62,469 nt of DNA from Victivallales bacterium (GTDB taxonomy: Bacteria; Verrucomicrobiota; Lentisphaeria; Victivallales; UBA1829): the NCBI GenBank assembly GCA_045639325.1, contig JAZUCU010000023.1, forward strand, positions 1 to 62,469, in the 5' to 3' direction. Position numbers and translations under genes: made by a program. Position 1 is the stretch's first letter; each line of letters begins with the position of its first letter. Under the pieces are notes generated by a model that had not been told where the DNA came from, searched no databases, and saw nothing but the letters and a program-made list of their open reading frames with translations. Positions 1 through 9,810 of the stretch are shown here, piece after piece.

Positions 1-290
1 AAAATTTGGGGTAAAGACTGGCATCGCCGTTTGGGGCGTTCCGCAAGGAATGGCACATACGGTGATGCCATGAGGTCTCGGATATGTCATTGCCACCACG
101 ATGCCGTCCATTTCTATCGAAAGGCCGTCAACGTGGCGGCTATCATTATGCGCGTTCATTGGGTTTTATCCCCAGGGTTGCGCTACGCTTACCCTGGGCT
201 GTTTGACTCTTTCCGCCCATTCAGGGCTGATTTTGCGATTTATCAATGTTGCTACGGACGGGAAGTTTTTAACTTGTATCATAAAATCTG
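1..290. repeat. Partial copy, truncated by the window edge, of the palindromic repeat element seen complete at 60083-60437
   Basis: Bases ~1-215 align to 60188-60410 (e.g. 'ggaatggcacatacggtgatgccatgag...cattgccaccacgatgccg', and the hairpin 'cccagggt..accctggg'). The track ORFs 31-291 and 101-334 fall inside it and are probably not genes. Confidence 0.6.
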
Positions 291-313
291 ACAAAATCAC
301 TTTTCAAAAATCT

Positions 314-376
314 GAAAATCTTCCGTTCAAATGACGGTTAAAAGCCCTTTTTATGAAAAATTATGGGACATCTGTG
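314..376. repeat. 63-bp repeat 'gaaaatcttccgttcaaatgacggttaaaagcc...atctgtg'; a second copy at 43626-43688 abuts the IS3 transposase remnant
   Basis: Near-identical strings read directly at both loci. A 14-mer core 'gaaaatcttccgtt' also recurs at 8397. Confidence 0.6.
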
Positions 377-481
377 ATAAATTTTTATCGATTGAGACAG
401 ATAGGCTGCCTTTTTATTTGTATTTTTCACTTTCCGATGGTATATTATACGAATCGTTCAATTAAACAGAAAGAATCGTTT

Positions 482-1801
482 ATGAATTCCTTTTTCCAGG
501 ATATTTGGGCCCGCAGAATCGCTCTGTGGGCTTTCGTCCCCATGATGTTCATTTATGCCGCATCCTATTTCCAAAGAACCGCTGTCCCCGGAACCGTATT
601 CAATGACCTGCAGGCGGATTACGGTTTGACCGGTACGCAAATCGCCGGCATGGGCTCCGCTTACATCTGCATCTATGCCATCTGTCAGTTACTCGTCGGA
701 ATCTGTGCCGATAAATACGGCGGAATGCGCGTGATTACTTACGCCGGAATTCTGTTCTGTATCGGCGCATTGGGCTTCCCTCTCGTCTGCGGTTCCAGTA
801 CCATCAACCTGATTCTCATGTATTTCATGCGCGTTTTGTGCGGACTCGGCTCCAGCGGGATGTTTTTGAGTTTGCTGCGGGAAAATGATCATCTGTTCGG
901 ACGCAAAAATTTTTCTGTCGTGTTAGGTATCGTATATTTTATCGGTTACGGCGGCGGATTGTTGGGCACAATGCCGTTCGCTATGCTCAAATCTCATTTC
1001 CATTGGAATATAATTCTTATCGCTGTCGGGATTCTTTCGTTCATCATATACCTCATTTTCCTGCTTGGAAAACGGGCTGTTCCTGTGGAACCGGTCAAAG
1101 CCGTCCCCATCTCATTCCGACCTCTCCTTTTTGTGCTGAAAAATCCTTATACCTGGTGTGTGGCATTCAACAGTGCAGTCTGCTTCTGCTGTTATTTCGT
1201 GATTCAAACCGTTTTCGGTATGAAATTCCTCCTCGATTACGCAAAATTATCGGAAAAAGCCGCTTCCGGTACCATCTTCTCCCTGACCCTCATCAGTATG
1301 TCAACTCTTCTCGCTGGCGGAATTCTTACCCGACTCATGAACAACCGCCGGAAACCCCTGATTATCTTTTCCTGCGGAACCACTCTCTTCTCCAGTATTC
1401 TGATGCTGGTTTCCATCCTTTTCCATCTGCCGCCCTTCTGTTTCGCCGCAGCCTATTGCCTCTTTGCATTCGCTTCCGGAATGTCGATTGCATTTTCCAT
1501 GCTCGTGCAGGAATTGAATTCCAAAGATATCCAAACCCAATCTGCTGCATTCCTCAATATGTCCGGATACCTGGCAGTTGCAATCTTTTCCGTCCTTATC
1601 GGGTTGCTGTTGGACAGCTTCGTGGATCCCTCTGAATTCACTGGCGGCAAAGCCGTGATTTACCCGACAAAAGCATACGCTACATTGTTCGGTCTGCTCC
1701 TGATTCCCACGATCACATCGTTCGTAATCTCCCTTTTCCTTCCCGAAACAAAAGGGCATTATGTCCGGGAAGATTACAGCAAACAAATCGGACGCAGTTA
1801 A
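482..1801 (+). CDS. MFS-type transporter (multi-pass membrane protein)
   Basis: ORF 353-1801. The first 43 codons overlap the repeat element, so the start is more likely the internal ATG at 482 (MNSFFQDIW...). About 12 hydrophobic segments and MFS-like glycine-rich loops. Confidence 0.6.
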   Translation: MNSFFQDIWARRIALWAFVPMMFIYAASYFQRTAVPGTVFNDLQADYGLTGTQIAGMGSAYICIYAICQLLVGICADKYGGMRVITYAGILFCIGALGFPLVCGSSTINLILMYFMRVLCGLGSSGMFLSLLRENDHLFGRKNFSVVLGIVYFIGYGGGLLGTMPFAMLKSHFHWNIILIAVGILSFIIYLIFLLGKRAVPVEPVKAVPISFRPLLFVLKNPYTWCVAFNSAVCFCCYFVIQTVFGMKFLLDYAKLSEKAASGTIFSLTLISMSTLLAGGILTRLMNNRRKPLIIFSCGTTLFSSILMLVSILFHLPPFCFAAAYCLFAFASGMSIAFSMLVQELNSKDIQTQSAAFLNMSGYLAVAIFSVLIGLLLDSFVDPSEFTGGKAVIYPTKAYATLFGLLLIPTITSFVISLFLPETKGHYVREDYSKQIGRS

Positions 1802-1985
1802 GCCCGCATCAGTTTTTCCACTAGTGCGGATAACTTCTCAAGATTTTCCAATGTCGTTGTTTCTGCCGGCGTATGATTGCTTTCCCCTTGACCGTGATCT
1901 CAAAACCGGCTTTCCCCACACCATTGGCATACAAGGTCCCGCTTCGGAAGAGAACCGGGACGTCTGATTGAGCTGTTTGTGCTGT

Positions 1986-4900
1986 TTATTTGACAGCCAT
2001 GATTTCGAACAATGCCAGCTCGGACGGAGCCAGTTTCGTCCGGAAAACGGTTCGTCCATTCCGCTTCATCACGGACAGAACTTGCGGACTGGCCAGACTG
2101 AGATCCGTTACTTTCACGGAACCCGGCACCGAAAATTCTCCTTCGCGGGTATGACCGATATTGTAATTCAGCACATAGAGATAACGGACTCCGTCCGCCT
2201 CAAGGTATGAGAACTGAAAATCGTTCTGCGAACAGGTCAGAGACGGTCGGATATGCCGTTTCAGGATCTTCCGGAATTCCGGAAGATTCGTATCCCACTG
2301 ATTTGGATTGTCGAAAACATACAGTGTTCCCAGACCCAGTTTTGCCTGTCGGCACAAAGCCGGTTTTCCATCGGCAAACCATCTGGAATACTTCCGATGC
2401 GTCCATTTTACCCCCGGAAAAGCTTTTGCCAGCAGACCATCTGTTTTCGGTTTGGCGTATTCATTGTAAACGCCCGGAGGAGCGAAGGCAATGACGGTCC
2501 CGCCGTTCCGCAGATAAGCCTCCAGTTTACTGTCCAGTTCTTTGGTCATAACAATTCCGTTCGGCACAAAGACGACCTGAATGCCGTCTAATTTCTGCCG
2601 TCCGTCCGCCACCAATTTTTCGAACCGGAAACAGTAGAGGATATTCTGCTGTTCCATAAATTCGGAGAATGCCTTGCACATGGTGTAAATGCTGCGTTCC
2701 GGCAAAGCATTCCGGCGGGCGGAATCCACTTCCAGAACGACGATATCGGGGGTGACCGATTTTGCGGTAATCGCCTTTTCCCCGAACCGGATGGCACGTT
2801 CCTTGGCAAGGCGCCAGAAGGAGGCGAAATAATTGAACGGCATATATCCGAGGCGGCTGTCCGTCAGCGGGAATCCGTACTGCCATTCATTGGGATATTG
2901 ATTCAAATCCTCATAAAACATATTCGGAGCGATGCTTCCGAACATGATCTGATGGCTGATTTCCCGCAAAGCGTGGAGTTTGGTTTCTGTCATATCGAAC
3001 ATGGTCTTATTGCCCTGCGTAGGTCCCCATTCGATGGAGCCCCAGGGAGTGCCGGATGCTTCCGACAGAGAACGCAGATATTTCGGATAAATCTTGCGGT
3101 CCCATATCTGATAGGAATGAAACAGTCCGATGGATACGTTGTCAAAAAAGGCGGGCATGTCAAACTCGGAAAAGGTATCCTGAAAATCGTGTCCGATCGC
3201 CAGCTTCCCGCCAAACCCTTTTTCCAGATTCTCTTTTGCCAGGTGGATGAATCGGTCAAAATACTCCCGGTGGACAAAGGTCTGGAATTCATACCGCAGA
3301 GCCGAAGGTTCGGCCGCAGGAGGAGGCGGCACGATTTTCTCGAAGGAAGCATAATCACTTTCCCATTTCCGGTTAAGCCCATCAATGGTGCCGTATTTCT
3401 TTTTCAGATATGCCTGAAATGCGGCACTGGCGCTTTTTCCATAGCCGGGCGCCATTCCGGACGGCAGTTCGATTTTGGATTCTCCGCCCAGATAAAACAT
3501 CACATTGCTGAAAAGATCAGGCCGCCTGCTCATGGCTTTCCCATACAGAAAGTAACGGTTGAAAATATAATCCTGTACCTTGCTGTTCCAGAAATTCAAA
3601 GAGAGGAACGGGTATTTCGGCCAGCCCCGGTAAACCGGCGTGATCTTATCGCCGGGGGTTCCGTCCGGTCTGCTGAAGAAAATGTCTTTATCCTTCCGGT
3701 TCCGTTCCAGCCACCAGAGGGGAACCGACATCCGGATATTTCCGGTTCCATGATTCATAAATGCCAGGCCATAGGGTGGCAGATGATGCTGTCTGACCAG
3801 CGTATCCGAGGTTTTCACACCATGGTTAAAAGCGTTCACACTAAAATATTCACCGTTTTTCGGGGCTCCGCCTCTGGTTCCCCCGACGGTTACGGCACTT
3901 GGCTGGATTCCAAGGGCACGCACTTTATCCAAAATGAATTCCGTTTGTTCGAAACCGGCTTTCGGCTCATTATGCAGCTGGGATATCGAACTGATGAAGA
4001 TTTCCGGTTTTCCGTTGCGGGTCCAGCAGCGCCGTGCCGGATCATACTGGAGCGACCAATTGTGATAGATCGGTTCCGACGGAATGAGCTTGTCTGCATG
4101 ATCCGCCGCATCCAGGTCTTTGCGGAGTTCAGCAAGTGTGCGTTCAAAATCAGCCAAAGCGGATTCTGCTCCGGTCTGGAGACGGTGTTCATCGGCGCCA
4201 TGCAGATAAGCATCGGCGAAAGCGAGCAGCGCCTGTTCCTGTTTCTGTTCGAGTTTCACGAATTTTCTGCGGAAATCCGGTGCGGCAGTATTCCGGTAGA
4301 ATGCGGATCGTTCCAGCAGTTCGATGCGTTCATTCTGGAATGCCGCAAGCATCATAGCCTCATTGTAACGGCGAGTCCATTTCTGGAATGATGCCTTGCC
4401 CAAACCGTTCCGGTAATCCGCGATGGAAGGAGTCATATAGAAATGACGGTAGTATTTTTTGGTAAAATTCCGCAGGGACTGCGATTTCAGATGAATCGGA
4501 TCGCGTCTCTGCCGGAAGTCCAGTTTCAGCAGAGTCCGGCCATCCAGAAGAATGCTTTTCCCGTTCACTGTCTTGTAACCCACCGGACCGAATTCCAGAA
4601 CGTTATCCAGCAGGAACGGATTCTTATCCGAACGGAACCGGATGGAAACCGGTTTTCCCGCAGAAGCTTTCAGCGGAATCCTGCCGCCAAGAGAAATATA
4701 ATCGCCCTGTTTGACCGGGACCTGTTTGCTGTATCCCCGCTGATTTTCCGTATACAGATTCAACATGGCAATATTGTCGATCCGTTTGTTGGACCAGTCA
4801 TATTTCAGACGGAAAGTATACCATTTTCCCCGTTCGATCCTGAAATCATCATACAGCAGACGGCGCCGGTATTCGATCTTATTGAGCAGCGCGACTTTTC

Positions 4901-6305
4901 CGTCCGCTCCGTCGGCATGGAAAAATCCGTCCCGGTCGATCAGGAATGCCGCAGAACAGTTTCCGGCAGCGTCTGAAAGTTCTGCGGACAGACTCTGACC
5001 ATTCTCAGGGCTGAACCAGTCGAATTCCACAATCCCGCTGTCCGTATCCGGCAGAGCAAACCTGATATCCGAAGATTTCAGACAGGGATCATCCACCGTG
5101 ATCTGTTCCCGGTTCTCCGTTTGGGCATAATCCCAGGTCGGGAAATTCACGATCCGGGCGTTTCCGCCGCCAGCATCCTCCGCTTTGGAAAAATCATGCA
5201 GTATCACCTTTTCCACAGGATATTCGGCTTTCCGTACAGTCCTCTCGGCGCTTTCCGGCAGCTGATATACTTTAACATCCTCGAATTCTCCCTGAAAGTA
5301 AGTAAACAAACCGAATGATTTTCCGGTAAACTCATCTGAAAACATATCTTCCGCAGCCAGTTCCAATTTGCCGTCACGGAATAATCTGAGCTTGCCGTCA
5401 CGGTTCTCCACCACAATCCGGTGTTTTTGTCCGGGATTCGCCCCGGAGGAAAAACCTTCCTGTATGGTCCGTGCCAGAATCTTAAAGGGGCCGGTTCTGC
5501 CAATGTAATTGTAGGAATTATAACCGGAGGCGAACCCGAAAATATAACCGGAAAGCCCCTTTTTCGCCGAATCGGAACAGATCATGGCGCTGAGATCCTG
5601 CGGGGAAGCGGAAGAACAGGTGTATTCCAAACGGATATTTTTCCCGATGGGGCGGGCAAACTTGATACGGCATTCATTCGTTCTGCCTCCGGATTTGACT
5701 TCCAGACGTCCGTTTTTGATTCGCCATTCCCCGGACTCCACGATCCAGTCCGGTCCCAGTTCTGTCCGGTTGAATTGGTCTTCAAAAACAAGTTTTCCTT
5801 CCGCTTCAACCAGCTTTTCCGCTTTCCGGATGCTGACATCATCAATCAGCATAAGCCCGCCATGGGTATTGAAAATCAGCCGGCAGACTCCCTTGTGTTC
5901 GGGCACATCGACGGAATATTCCACTGCCTGCCATTCCGGTACAGATTTATTCCTTCCAAAATAACGGGTCAGCTGCTTGCGGCCAATGATTTTATTGTTT
6001 TTATCACGGCAGATCAGACATACCTCTAACCATTTGGCATTGTCTTTTTTGTACTGAAAACGGAGAATATATTTTCCCGCCGGAAGATTCAGTCCGCCTT
6101 GTGACAGGGAACCTTTGACTTCAGCTGCGGCTTTTCCGTCGGCGGCATCCGGAGCAATCCGTCCGTCCACCGGAAGATTCCATCCGGCTGGCAGACCTTT
6201 CGGATTTTTTCTCTCAAAACTGCCATTGGACAGCAGATTGTCTGATGCTGCAGCAATACAAGCAACTGTCATGAGAGCCGACCATAAAATATTCTGGATC
6301 TTCAT
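1986..6305 (-). CDS. Very large secreted CAZyme-like protein: signal peptide, N-terminal CBM-like and LamG-like regions, C-terminal GH42-like trimerisation region
   Basis: 1439 aa. N-terminal signal peptide MKIQNILWSALMTVACIAAA. The C-terminus (ILYCFRFEK...DGIQVVFVPNG...GGTVIAF) resembles the GH42 beta-galactosidase middle domain. 17 bp downstream of a prepilin-like gene. Confidence 0.4.
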   Translation of the reverse strand: MKIQNILWSALMTVACIAAASDNLLSNGSFERKNPKGLPAGWNLPVDGRIAPDAADGKAAAEVKGSLSQGGLNLPAGKYILRFQYKKDNAKWLEVCLICRDKNNKIIGRKQLTRYFGRNKSVPEWQAVEYSVDVPEHKGVCRLIFNTHGGLMLIDDVSIRKAEKLVEAEGKLVFEDQFNRTELGPDWIVESGEWRIKNGRLEVKSGGRTNECRIKFARPIGKNIRLEYTCSSASPQDLSAMICSDSAKKGLSGYIFGFASGYNSYNYIGRTGPFKILARTIQEGFSSGANPGQKHRIVVENRDGKLRLFRDGKLELAAEDMFSDEFTGKSFGLFTYFQGEFEDVKVYQLPESAERTVRKAEYPVEKVILHDFSKAEDAGGGNARIVNFPTWDYAQTENREQITVDDPCLKSSDIRFALPDTDSGIVEFDWFSPENGQSLSAELSDAAGNCSAAFLIDRDGFFHADGADGKVALLNKIEYRRRLLYDDFRIERGKWYTFRLKYDWSNKRIDNIAMLNLYTENQRGYSKQVPVKQGDYISLGGRIPLKASAGKPVSIRFRSDKNPFLLDNVLEFGPVGYKTVNGKSILLDGRTLLKLDFRQRRDPIHLKSQSLRNFTKKYYRHFYMTPSIADYRNGLGKASFQKWTRRYNEAMMLAAFQNERIELLERSAFYRNTAAPDFRRKFVKLEQKQEQALLAFADAYLHGADEHRLQTGAESALADFERTLAELRKDLDAADHADKLIPSEPIYHNWSLQYDPARRCWTRNGKPEIFISSISQLHNEPKAGFEQTEFILDKVRALGIQPSAVTVGGTRGGAPKNGEYFSVNAFNHGVKTSDTLVRQHHLPPYGLAFMNHGTGNIRMSVPLWWLERNRKDKDIFFSRPDGTPGDKITPVYRGWPKYPFLSLNFWNSKVQDYIFNRYFLYGKAMSRRPDLFSNVMFYLGGESKIELPSGMAPGYGKSASAAFQAYLKKKYGTIDGLNRKWESDYASFEKIVPPPPAAEPSALRYEFQTFVHREYFDRFIHLAKENLEKGFGGKLAIGHDFQDTFSEFDMPAFFDNVSIGLFHSYQIWDRKIYPKYLRSLSEASGTPWGSIEWGPTQGNKTMFDMTETKLHALREISHQIMFGSIAPNMFYEDLNQYPNEWQYGFPLTDSRLGYMPFNYFASFWRLAKERAIRFGEKAITAKSVTPDIVVLEVDSARRNALPERSIYTMCKAFSEFMEQQNILYCFRFEKLVADGRQKLDGIQVVFVPNGIVMTKELDSKLEAYLRNGGTVIAFAPPGVYNEYAKPKTDGLLAKAFPGVKWTHRKYSRWFADGKPALCRQAKLGLGTLYVFDNPNQWDTNLPEFRKILKRHIRPSLTCSQNDFQFSYLEADGVRYLYVLNYNIGHTREGEFSVPGSVKVTDLSLASPQVLSVMKRNGRTVFRTKLAPSELALFEIMAVK

Positions 6306-6322
6306 TGTTCTTCAGCTTTCCG

Positions 6323-7096
6323 TTATTGGTTTTTCTGCTTATAGTCGAAAAAGATTTGTGATGCGTTCGTAATGTTATAGTACAGGTTCAAATACGATAT
6401 GGGCGCCACATGCATATCAAGATACAGAATATTCGAATAATTGTTGTGTTTGGAAATCATTCTTGCGTGTACATCATCACCGGACCCGACTCCAATGACA
6501 TACGAAACTGAGCGGTAAACGTTGTTTTCCGTTGCCGGCTTGCCGCTGAATATTTCGCCGTTTCCCCGGCCTTCCAGAACATGACAACGCTGCGACATCT
6601 TGGACAGTTTATCGATCCGCCTGCGGTCCATTCCGCTACGCTGTGTCGTTTTATCATGGGCATTGCCGTTCAAGGTGTAGCTGGGACAGTCGATTTTCCT
6701 CGGATCCGCCGGACAGATGAACGGAGCTATTTTTGCCGCTTTACTCTTTGCAGTGGACCAGTCACTGTAATTTTTGATACTTCCCATGTAAATGGCAATA
6801 TAGCGGTACCAAGTGTTGCTGTTTGCGAACATGGCAGCATCCCAAAGCCCGTTACTGTCATTGAAATACAGGGAAAAGCCTGTCCCGATCTGTTTTAAAT
6901 TACCGGAGCACACGAGTGATCTTGCTTTTTGCTTTGCCTTGTCCAATGCAGGCAGAAGCATTCCAGCCAGAATCGCAATGATCGCAATCACGACCAGAAG
7001 TTCTATCAGTGTAAAAAACTGCCGCACAACATTTGTCATACCCCGTCCCTGCGATTGAGATTTCATTTTCTTTCCTTCCATGTTTATAGATTTCAA
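6323..7096 (-). CDS. Prepilin-type N-terminal cleavage/methylation domain protein (DUF1559-like pseudopilin)
   Basis: N-terminal motif [25 protein letters not shown]-terminal motif LYLDMHVAP matches the DUF1559 'xDGHV' signature. Confidence 0.7.
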   Translation of the reverse strand: MKSINMEGKKMKSQSQGRGMTNVVRQFFTLIELLVVIAIIAILAGMLLPALDKAKQKARSLVCSGNLKQIGTGFSLYFNDSNGLWDAAMFANSNTWYRYIAIYMGSIKNYSDWSTAKSKAAKIAPFICPADPRKIDCPSYTLNGNAHDKTTQRSGMDRRRIDKLSKMSQRCHVLEGRGNGEIFSGKPATENNVYRSVSYVIGVGSGDDVHARMISKHNNYSNILYLDMHVAPISYLNLYYNITNASQIFFDYKQKNQ

Positions 7097-7110
7097 TTAC
7101 GAGTTCGTTT

Positions 7111-8382
7111 TTACCCTTGTACCATGCTGCCGGATTTATCTTCGTAAACGGTTGTGTCGGCTGGATGGATCACATCTTCGTCGAATTCCAAACGGATCAC
7201 CTGGATCTCATCGTTCATCCGGTCGGCGGGAAGATTCCGCAAAGTGATTGCGGGCGTTTCGATTTCCGGGCCCGGTGTAACAGTGAGCTTTTCCCCGCTG
7301 TTCAGCAGAATCGCTTTCTTCGGCATCCATTGCAGCTCACTGAGCTTGAGCGATTCTCCGGCGGGGGGATTCAGCAGAATCAGATTCAGTTCGCGTCCTT
7401 CGCCGGTGCAGAGAATGTCGGAGGATTTGATCAGTCCGTAACACGGTTTGGCTGTCAACGCCACAGAAACCGTTTTATGCCACTTGCCGATACGGCTAAG
7501 GATCGAACGGGCTTTTTCCGGGAAACATCCGGTTTCATCGGGTCCGGCATTGAGGAGAAAATTGCCTCCGAGTGCGGTATAAAGCGAAATCTGGCGTTCG
7601 AGTTTGCGGACTGAAAAATAATCCTCGTCGCGACGGTATCCCCAACTGTATTGTCCGACTGAATCGCAAGCTTCGGTCGGTTTGGCAAACGGGAAGGCGG
7701 CTTCCGCTTGGAAATTGCGTTCCGGAGTGGAAAAGTCGCCCGGCCCGTAGCCACGGTTGTTGATCACCGCCGCCGGTTGGAGCGAATTGATCAGTTCGGC
7801 TACGGAGGGATCCTGCCACCCGGGGACATTCATATCCCACCAGATGCCGTGGATCGTGCCGTAATTGGTGCAGAGTTCGCGGATCTGCCGTTTCAGAAAA
7901 GCCATATAGGCGTCCATGTCGTAGAACTGCGGATCGGTGATGATCTCGTGATGCCGTCCGATATTCGGATAGGCGGGATGGTGCCAGTCCACACAGGAAT
8001 AATAGATTTCGAGCGGAAAATTGCGTTTGTGACATTCATCCGCAAGCATCCGCAGGACATCTTTGCCATACGGTGTGTTCATGATGTTGTAATCGGTTTC
8101 CTTCGTGTCCCACATGCAGAAACCGTCGTGGTGCTTGGCTGTGAAGACCAGGTATTCCATGCCGGTTTCCTGCGCAAGATCCAGCCACTCGACGGGATCG
8201 AATTTCACGGGGTTGAACTGCGCGGCATATTTCTGATACTCTGCGGCGGGGACGTGCAACCGCATCTGATGCTGTTCGTGGATGCCGCCGACGGCATAAA
8301 TCCCCCAATGGACAAACATTCCGAAACGTTTTTCGTGAAACCAGTGTTTTGCTCCGCTCAATTCCTGCATGACAGCCTCCAA
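7111..8382 (-). CDS. Alpha-L-fucosidase, GH29
   Basis: Motifs FGMFVHWGIYAV and TAKHHDGFCMWDT. Length 423 aa with no signal peptide. Confidence 0.85.
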   Translation of the reverse strand: MEAVMQELSGAKHWFHEKRFGMFVHWGIYAVGGIHEQHQMRLHVPAAEYQKYAAQFNPVKFDPVEWLDLAQETGMEYLVFTAKHHDGFCMWDTKETDYNIMNTPYGKDVLRMLADECHKRNFPLEIYYSCVDWHHPAYPNIGRHHEIITDPQFYDMDAYMAFLKRQIRELCTNYGTIHGIWWDMNVPGWQDPSVAELINSLQPAAVINNRGYGPGDFSTPERNFQAEAAFPFAKPTEACDSVGQYSWGYRRDEDYFSVRKLERQISLYTALGGNFLLNAGPDETGCFPEKARSILSRIGKWHKTVSVALTAKPCYGLIKSSDILCTGEGRELNLILLNPPAGESLKLSELQWMPKKAILLNSGEKLTVTPGPEIETPAITLRNLPADRMNDEIQVIRLEFDEDVIHPADTTVYEDKSGSMVQG

Positions 8383-8481
8383 TCTTATCGGAATCGGAAA
8401 ATCTTCCGTTGAAATTTTTTTTCAATGTGATATATTATAATCCAAAATCCGGAATTTGAAATGTTAAGAAAGGGGATTTTT

Positions 8482-9276
8482 ATGTCAAAAACGTGGAAAG
8501 ATAAAGTCGAATGGTGTGATCTGGATGCTCTCGCCATCCGGATTCTGATGTTTGGATATTCCCAAAACATTCTGCCTGAAATCTGGTATCACCCGAACCG
8601 GATCAGTCCGTTCTGGCGTTTTTACTGGGGCGCCTCGGACGGGGCGAATCTGATATTCCGGGACAATGTCGTGAAACTGAACCGGGAGACGGTGGTGTTT
8701 GTGCCGCCGAACACCCCTTTCGAAACCCGGGCGGACAAACCGTTTTCCCAATTTTATATTCATTTCTCATGGTTCGGACCAGCATCGCCGTCCAAACCGG
8801 TCATACTGTCGGCAGATGAAGAAAAAGTTCTGCTTTCATCCGTCCGGGACTGGGATGAAACGTCCGAACAAATGGTTTCCCTGCATGCCCATGCGGTTCT
8901 GTTTCATTATCTGATCAAGCTTCAGCCGCATCTTCCGGAACCGGTGTCGGCAATCGACCTTCGGATTCAGAAAGCCGTTCTCATGATGGAAGACAAAGAC
9001 CGCAGACTTTCCCTGAAAGAGACGGCAAAGGCGGTTTCCATGTCCTACGATCATTTCCGGGATACCTTCAAAAAAGAGATCGGCCTTGGCCCCTGTGAGT
9101 ACAGGATGATGCGGCGGATGAGTTATGCGCGGGATCTGCTGCTGTCGAGCAGCCTTCCCATTGAGGAAATCGCGTATAAGACCGGATTTTCCAACCGTTT
9201 TCATTTTTCCAAGACCTTCAAAAAATTTTTCAAACTGCCGCCGGTGGTTTACCGTAAAACCCGCCTCAATGACTGA
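8482..9276 (+). CDS. AraC-family transcriptional regulator
   Basis: C-terminal HTH_AraC (IEEIAYKTGFSNRFHFSKTFKKFF). ATG at 8482 has an AAAGGGGA RBS. Divergent from the GH29 gene. Confidence 0.75.
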   Translation: MSKTWKDKVEWCDLDALAIRILMFGYSQNILPEIWYHPNRISPFWRFYWGASDGANLIFRDNVVKLNRETVVFVPPNTPFETRADKPFSQFYIHFSWFGPASPSKPVILSADEEKVLLSSVRDWDETSEQMVSLHAHAVLFHYLIKLQPHLPEPVSAIDLRIQKAVLMMEDKDRRLSLKETAKAVSMSYDHFRDTFKKEIGLGPCEYRMMRRMSYARDLLLSSSLPIEEIAYKTGFSNRFHFSKTFKKFFKLPPVVYRKTRLND

Positions 9277-9480
9277 TTGCGGTCTATGCGCTTCTCTTTC
9301 AGCAGAAAAACCAGCCGAATCAATCGTTGTAATTGTTTTTTACCTATTGGGCATTTTACCATCTTCCTCTCTGACAGTTTACCTTCTGTCAGCCATACGT
9401 TATAATACCCCCTTGGACATTTTAAGTCCAAGCAAACATTCAACCATTAAAAATTTGCAACTTTTTTTTGAAAGGTAATA

Positions 9481-9580
9481 AAAAAGCCGAACGCTCCCAT
9501 GTATTGCTCAATAGGTTCCGCCAAGCACCTGCACCTCAAAACAAACGAAAGCGTCCGGCAAGTTGTGAAAACACAATCTT
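9481..9580. repeat. Degenerate ~100-bp intergenic repeat; second copy at 42830-42935
   Basis: Shared blocks 'aaaaaa(g)ccgaacgct', 'gaaagcgtccggcaag' and 'cacaatct', roughly 75% identity. Confidence 0.4.
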
Positions 9581-9667
9581 TCCATCAAAGATATTGCCTT
9601 TATGTGCGGATACGAAAATCCCCTCTATTTCTCCAACGCTTTCCGCCATAAATTCGGGGTGTCTCCA

Positions 9668-9724
9668 CGCCGGTTCCGGAAATCCGATATGGGGTAATAC
9701 AATACAGATCACCTTATTTCTTCA
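9668..9724. repeat. Left copy of a ~55-bp direct repeat flanking the 9811-12612 gene; right copy at 12867-12918
   Basis: 'cgccggttccggaaatccgatatgg...agatcaccttatttcttca'. The right copy spans the stop codon of the phosphatase gene (..ELKK*); the left copy carries a remnant '..DTVLKK*' reading frame on the minus strand. Confidence 0.65.
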
Positions 9725-9742
9725 GTACGGTGTCGTCCATAC

Positions 9743-9790
9743 AAAAAACGGAATTTTGACTAAGGTTTTACCCTCAATCAAAATTCCGTT
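9743..9790 (-). terminator. Rho-independent terminator for the 9811-12612 gene
   Basis: Stem 'aacggaatttt'/'aaaattccgtt' with a 22-nt loop, followed on the minus strand by a T6 run. Confidence 0.45.
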
Positions 9791-9810
9791 TCTTTATAGT
9801 TTAGCTTTTA

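Noticed and set aside
31-334. ORFs 31-291 and 101-334 (and the similar ORF 60100-60414) as protein-coding genes
   Set aside because: They lie entirely inside copies of the palindromic repeat element. Their similarity is at the DNA level, with hairpin structure and no RBS, so they are more likely non-coding.
2898-4391. 497-aa ORF on the plus strand
   Set aside because: It is entirely antisense to the 1439-aa secreted protein gene, has no recognisable domains, and shows a typical shadow-ORF composition.
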